From IMG/VR virus record IMGVR_UViG_3300024269_000049, positions 53,237-73,236 of that record: a DNA stretch of 20,000 bases. One strand, given 5' to 3'. The notes beneath the pieces are model-generated. The model saw only the letters and a list, made by a program, of their open reading frames with translations. It was not told the origin of the DNA and did not search any database. Shown here piece after piece: positions 16,873 through 20,000 of this stretch. The number at the start of each line of letters is the position of its first letter. Position 1 is the stretch's first letter. The position numbers and the translations under genes were made by a program. This DNA is from an uncultured virus (IMG/VR IMGVR_UViG_3300024269_000049) (taxonomy: Duplodnaviria > Heunggongvirae > Uroviricota > Caudoviricetes).

Positions 16873-17143
16873 TTGTAAATTCTCTATTTAATTTGTTTGC
16901 TATCTCAGCAACATGTTTTGCTGTAAGATGTCTATCATTTTCATAAAATTCTTTATCCATGTAATCTTTTAAATATTCATTTGATTCGAAATAATATTTT
17001 TGTCCACTATAATCTAGGTTCATCCAATATTGATATGTTTCATTTTCTTCTAAATTATTATTACTATCTGAACTAAATAATCCTGTAGCAACCTCAGTTA
17101 TTATTTCAGCAACACTTGATAATATATTTAATAACATAATCAA
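16853..17143 (-). CDS. Hypothetical protein
   Basis: About 95 aa, RBS AGGGGG; start at 17143 (TTG) or 17137 (ATG). Confidence 0.7.
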   Translation of the reverse strand: MIMLLNILSSVAEIITEVATGLFSSDSNNNLEENETYQYWMNLDYSGQKYYFESNEYLKDYMDKEFYENDRHLTAKHVAEIANKLNREFTNINCRY

Positions 17144-17164
17144 AATCCCCCTATATTTTTTTTA

Positions 17165-17281
17165 TTAATCTATTATTTCATCATTATAAATTATTTCATC
17201 CACATCATATATTATTTCATCGTCTATTGGCATTAATATATCTTTTATTATATTAATTATTTTTTCTAATATATTTTTCAT
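17165..17281 (-). CDS. 38-aa peptide with three DEII repeats
   Basis: MKNILEKIINIIKDILMPIDDEIIYDVDEIIYNDEIID; RBS GAGGT. Confidence 0.5.
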   Translation of the reverse strand: MKNILEKIINIIKDILMPIDDEIIYDVDEIIYNDEIID

Positions 17282-17297
17282 TTTTTGGTACCTCTTA

Positions 17298-17522
17298 TTA
17301 GAAATGTTTTATTATAAATTTAAGATAACATTTACTTGCTGGTATTAATGTAACTTTACATAATTTTATCCATAATATTAATAATGCATATTTATATTTT
17401 TTAGCTTTTATTGCTTTTGTAAATAATTTACTTGCATATTCGATTTTTGGTTCTTTGTCTAATATCTTTAAATATGCTTCTGTAGCTTTTAAATTTAATT
17501 TATTATTATTCATTCTTTCCAT
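17298..17522 (-). CDS. Basic hypothetical protein
   Basis: 74 aa, RBS GGAGGG. Confidence 0.65.
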   Translation of the reverse strand: MERMNNNKLNLKATEAYLKILDKEPKIEYASKLFTKAIKAKKYKYALLILWIKLCKVTLIPASKCYLKFIIKHF

Positions 17523-17557
17523 ATAATTAACCCTCCATTATTTATATAATTATATAT

Positions 17558-17585
17558 TTTTTTCTGGGGATCATATAAATCCCCA
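17558..17585. repeat. 28-bp direct repeat copy 1 (internal hairpin)
   Basis: TTTTTTCTGGGGATCATATAAATCCCCA, identical at 18153-18180. Confidence 0.9.
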
Positions 17586-17592
17586 GATTTTT

Positions 17593-18126
17593 TTACATAT
17601 TATAATGTGTACCATAATATATTGCATTTCGTACACTTCTTATTCTTTCATATTTAGCTCTATAACATTCTTCATATAATGCTATATATTCTAGATGATC
17701 TAATTCATCAAATATTTCATCTGCTAAATTTTCATCCATTCTTACTATATACTCTTCTTCTTTTGTATCATATACATAACCAAATGGTAATTCTTCAAAG
17801 TTTTCTAATAATGTTTCAAATTGTTCTTGTGTAAAATATATGTTATATATAGGTTCTTCTTCATCTTCTTCATCTTCTTCTTCGTTGTATTCATTTTCTT
17901 CACCAAAGTTTGCTTCAACCCATGCTAAATATTCTGGATCTTCATCTTCATTATATTCTTCATTTATTAAATCTTTTAAATCTTCTTCAGGTATGTTTTC
18001 ATATGAATCAAGATCATCTTCATTGTTATTAACTAATAATTCAAATTCATTATATAGGTCTTTCATCTCATTTATTATTGTTTGCATTCTTTCCATAGTT
18101 CTTATTATAGCGTTATTATTTTTCAT
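17593..18126 (-). CDS. Highly acidic hypothetical protein
   Basis: 177 aa with an EEEDEEDEEE tract; RBS AGGGAG. Confidence 0.75.
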   Translation of the reverse strand: MKNNNAIIRTMERMQTIINEMKDLYNEFELLVNNNEDDLDSYENIPEEDLKDLINEEYNEDEDPEYLAWVEANFGEENEYNEEEDEEDEEEPIYNIYFTQEQFETLLENFEELPFGYVYDTKEEEYIVRMDENLADEIFDELDHLEYIALYEECYRAKYERIRSVRNAIYYGTHYNM

Positions 18127-18152
18127 ATTTTTACTCTCCCTTTACAAAATTA

Positions 18153-18180
18153 TTTTTTCTGGGGATCATATAAATCCCCA
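18153..18180. repeat. 28-bp direct repeat copy 2 (internal hairpin)
   Basis: Identical to 17558-17585. Confidence 0.9.
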
Positions 18181-18225
18181 TTGGACGGAGGCTTTATGGA
18201 TAAACCTCCTAGAACCTTTTATAAA

Positions 18226-18414
18226 TTACTTAGCTGTAGCTGTTTGCTTTTGATTATTGTTACTATTCTTTACTTCACCTGCACATAATATCACGATACC
18301 TGCACTTAATGCTCCAGCTATCATTAATCCACCTGCTGAAACTGGATTTGCTATTGCTGCAGTTACTATTGCTGCAGCACCTTTATTAGCTATTAAGTTT
18401 ATACAACATTTCAT
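18226..18414 (-). CDS. Small Ala/Gly-rich hydrophobic protein
   Basis: MKCCINLIANKGAAAIVTAAIANPVSAGGLMIAGALSAGIVILCAG...; RBS AGGGG fits the ATG at 18414. Confidence 0.65.
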   Translation of the reverse strand: MKCCINLIANKGAAAIVTAAIANPVSAGGLMIAGALSAGIVILCAGEVKNSNNNQKQTATAK

Positions 18415-18461
18415 AATATACATCCCCTTTAATTATAATATTATTATTCTATATTCATTAC

Positions 18462-18493
18462 TATAATATGGTATTATTTTTCTATCTTTTACA
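18462..18493 (-). promoter_or_regulatory. Degenerate copy of the early-promoter motif
   Basis: TGTAA-AAGATAGAAAA-ATAA-TAC-CATATTATA (spacer 1 nt shorter). Confidence 0.4.
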
Positions 18494-18499
18494 CTTTTG

Positions 18500-18910
18500 T
18501 TATTCTATGATATATATCGTTATAGTTCTCACACCCCAATCCATACATTCATTATAACTTCCCATGAATATATCAATTTTGTTTCCTTTGATTGCACTTC
18601 CACAATCTTCTGCTATGAATACTTTTCCTAATTCAGGTATATATACTTTAGTTCCATAAGGTATTACTTTAGGATCAACTGCTATTGTTTGACCTACTTT
18701 AGGAACTGTACCTGTTGATGTTATTGTATCTCCATAATATGCTGTTGCATTAACTTTCATTGGTTTACCTTTATATGATTTTGTTTTTATTCCTATTGTT
18801 TTATCTTGTTGTAATTTGTTTTCTATTACATGTTGATTTAATACTTTTTGTTTAGGTCTATTTGTTACTAAGGAACTTACTAATATTATTGAACTTATTG
18901 TCTCTTTCAT
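18500..18910 (-). CDS. 3D-domain cell-wall protein (lytic transglycosylase-like)
   Basis: NATAY, IAVDPKVIPYGTKVYI, AEDCGSAIKGNKIDIF. Confidence 0.9.
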   Translation of the reverse strand: MKETISSIILVSSLVTNRPKQKVLNQHVIENKLQQDKTIGIKTKSYKGKPMKVNATAYYGDTITSTGTVPKVGQTIAVDPKVIPYGTKVYIPELGKVFIAEDCGSAIKGNKIDIFMGSYNECMDWGVRTITIYIIE

Positions 18911-18937
18911 AATATGTCACCCCAATTATAAATTTTA

Positions 18938-19258
18938 TTATCTCATTAAACCTTTATGTTTTATTTTGAAATTATTCATTACAAGTTGTCTATATATTTC
19001 ATCTGTTGCTATATTAGCTCCTTTATCCATTAAACTTTGTATTGCTGCTAGCACATGATCATATCCTATCATGTGTGCTATTGCATCATAATATTCTACA
19101 GAACATTTAAATGGTTCATATATCATTGCTGTTGTTAATGATAATTCTGAATTAGATAATTGATTTGATTTATATATCACATTACCAATTACTATATAAT
19201 CAACCACTTTATAAACATCCATATCCACTACAGCTATTTTTAAATTATTATTTCTCAT
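18938..19258 (-). CDS. Hypothetical protein
   Basis: 106 aa, RBS GGAGGT. Confidence 0.7.
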   Translation of the reverse strand: MRNNNLKIAVVDMDVYKVVDYIVIGNVIYKSNQLSNSELSLTTAMIYEPFKCSVEYYDAIAHMIGYDHVLAAIQSLMDKGANIATDEIYRQLVMNNFKIKHKGLMR

Positions 19259-19298
19259 ATTATTACCTCCAATATTTTATTTAGGGATCATATAAAAT

Positions 19299-19409
19299 TT
19301 ATATATTTATAGCATTCCACAATTTCTTTATAAACTTTTTAAATCTATAAACTAAATCACATTTTTTTCTTTCTTTATATTCTTGCATGTATATAACTTT
19401 ACATTTCAT
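19299..19409 (-). CDS. Basic 36-aa peptide
   Basis: MKCKVIYMQEYKERKKCDLVYRFKKFIKKLWNAINI; RBS GGGGTG. Confidence 0.5.
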   Translation of the reverse strand: MKCKVIYMQEYKERKKCDLVYRFKKFIKKLWNAINI

Positions 19410-19456
19410 CACATCACCCCCATTATCTTTATTATTATACTTGCTATTTTTATCTA

Positions 19457-19546
19457 TTAAACTATTTTAAATGCTGTACTTATTGATAATTTGATTATTG
19501 ATATTGCTAATATGATTAATAAAGCTACTAATAATAAATGTGTCAT
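19457..19546 (-). CDS. Hydrophobic micropeptide (29 aa)
   Basis: MTHLLLVALLIILAISIIKLSISTAFKIV; RBS GAGGAG. Confidence 0.5.
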   Translation of the reverse strand: MTHLLLVALLIILAISIIKLSISTAFKIV

Positions 19547-19559
19547 ATATAATCTCCTC

Positions 19560-19760
19560 CTAATATAACTTATTCATTAATTCTGCTTCAACTATAGTAA
19601 CTACTTTATATTCTTCTTTCAATAATGCGTTTTTATAATAAGCCTCTTTAAGTTCTTTAAATGTGCAAGCTTCCACGAATGTTTCTACTTCATAACAATT
19701 TCTATATTCATTTTCACATCTAAAGAATTTATTTGTTTTTATATTTAATAAAGCGTACAT
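19560..19760 (-). CDS. Hypothetical protein
   Basis: 66 aa, RBS AAGGAG. Confidence 0.7.
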   Translation of the reverse strand: MYALLNIKTNKFFRCENEYRNCYEVETFVEACTFKELKEAYYKNALLKEEYKVVTIVEAELMNKLY

Positions 19761-19854
19761 AATTCATTCTCCTTTATAATAAATTTTTTATTCTCATAAT
19801 TTATTTATCTTTTGTAATGAATTTTATTTTGTCATACGCTCGGCTTGTTATTGA

Positions 19855-20000
19855 TTACATATAGAAGCTTCTTAATGATTGTATATGTTTTTGTATTAGA
19901 TCTTTTAAATCATTACAAGTTGATACTAATTCAACACTTTCTAATACAATACCTCTATTTCTTAAATCAAATAATTCATCAGATAATTTTATCATTGTAG
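19855..20000 (-). CDS. Hypothetical protein, C-terminal part (enters from the window end)
   Basis: Open frame ...TMIKLSDELFDLRNRGIVLESVELVSTCNDLKDLIQKHIQSLRSFYM*. Confidence 0.5.
   Translation of the reverse strand, partial: TMIKLSDELFDLRNRGIVLESVELVSTCNDLKDLIQKHIQSLRSFYM

Noticed and set aside
1408..18466. Plus-strand ORFs in the supplied track (e.g. 1408-1644, 3562-3843, 8300-8623, 13529-13906, 15152-15469, 17840-18253)
   Set aside because: They are antisense shadows of well-supported minus-strand genes, lack RBSs and have Ser/Phe/Leu-biased composition
17558..19296. CRISPR array interpretation of the 28-bp palindromic repeat
   Set aside because: Only two full copies, 595 bp apart and separated by a whole gene; no 30-40-nt spacers and no cas genes
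1..20000. Stop-codon reassignment
   Set aside because: Standard code 11 gives dense full-length genes, with TAA, TAG and TGA all used as stops directly before RBSs or terminators

Overview
Very AT-rich window (roughly 25% GC by eye), densely coding, with essentially every gene on the minus strand behind a Firmicutes-type RBS (GGAGG/GGGGTG). It reads as part of a phiKZ/AR9(PBS1)-related jumbo phage, probably of a spore-forming Firmicute (Clostridia-like; inferred). Bases 1-13.6 kb hold core and auxiliary genes: a primase-like Zn-finger N-terminus, a likely AR9 gp226-type non-virion RNAP promoter-specificity subunit, a GroEL-like chaperonin with no GroES nearby, a putative SSB, an HD hydrolase, an HNH-AP2 endonuclease, a divergent FolD, the C-terminal half of a split family B DNA polymerase and a Ca2+/Na+ antiporter. 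Bases 13.6-20 kb are an accessory region of small ORFs, including a YyaC-like spore protease, a 3D-domain protein, acidic proteins and several membrane micropeptides. Three recurring intergenic motifs stand out: AACA-N6-TA (the AR9 late-promoter pattern), a bipartite TGTAA-N12-TCAA-N3-TATATTATA (early-promoter-like) and TTTATATGWTCC upstream of accessory genes. A GC-rich structured element at about 14.94-15.09 kb is a candidate ncRNA or antisense/micropeptide module. All family assignments come from motif recognition; no database search was run.
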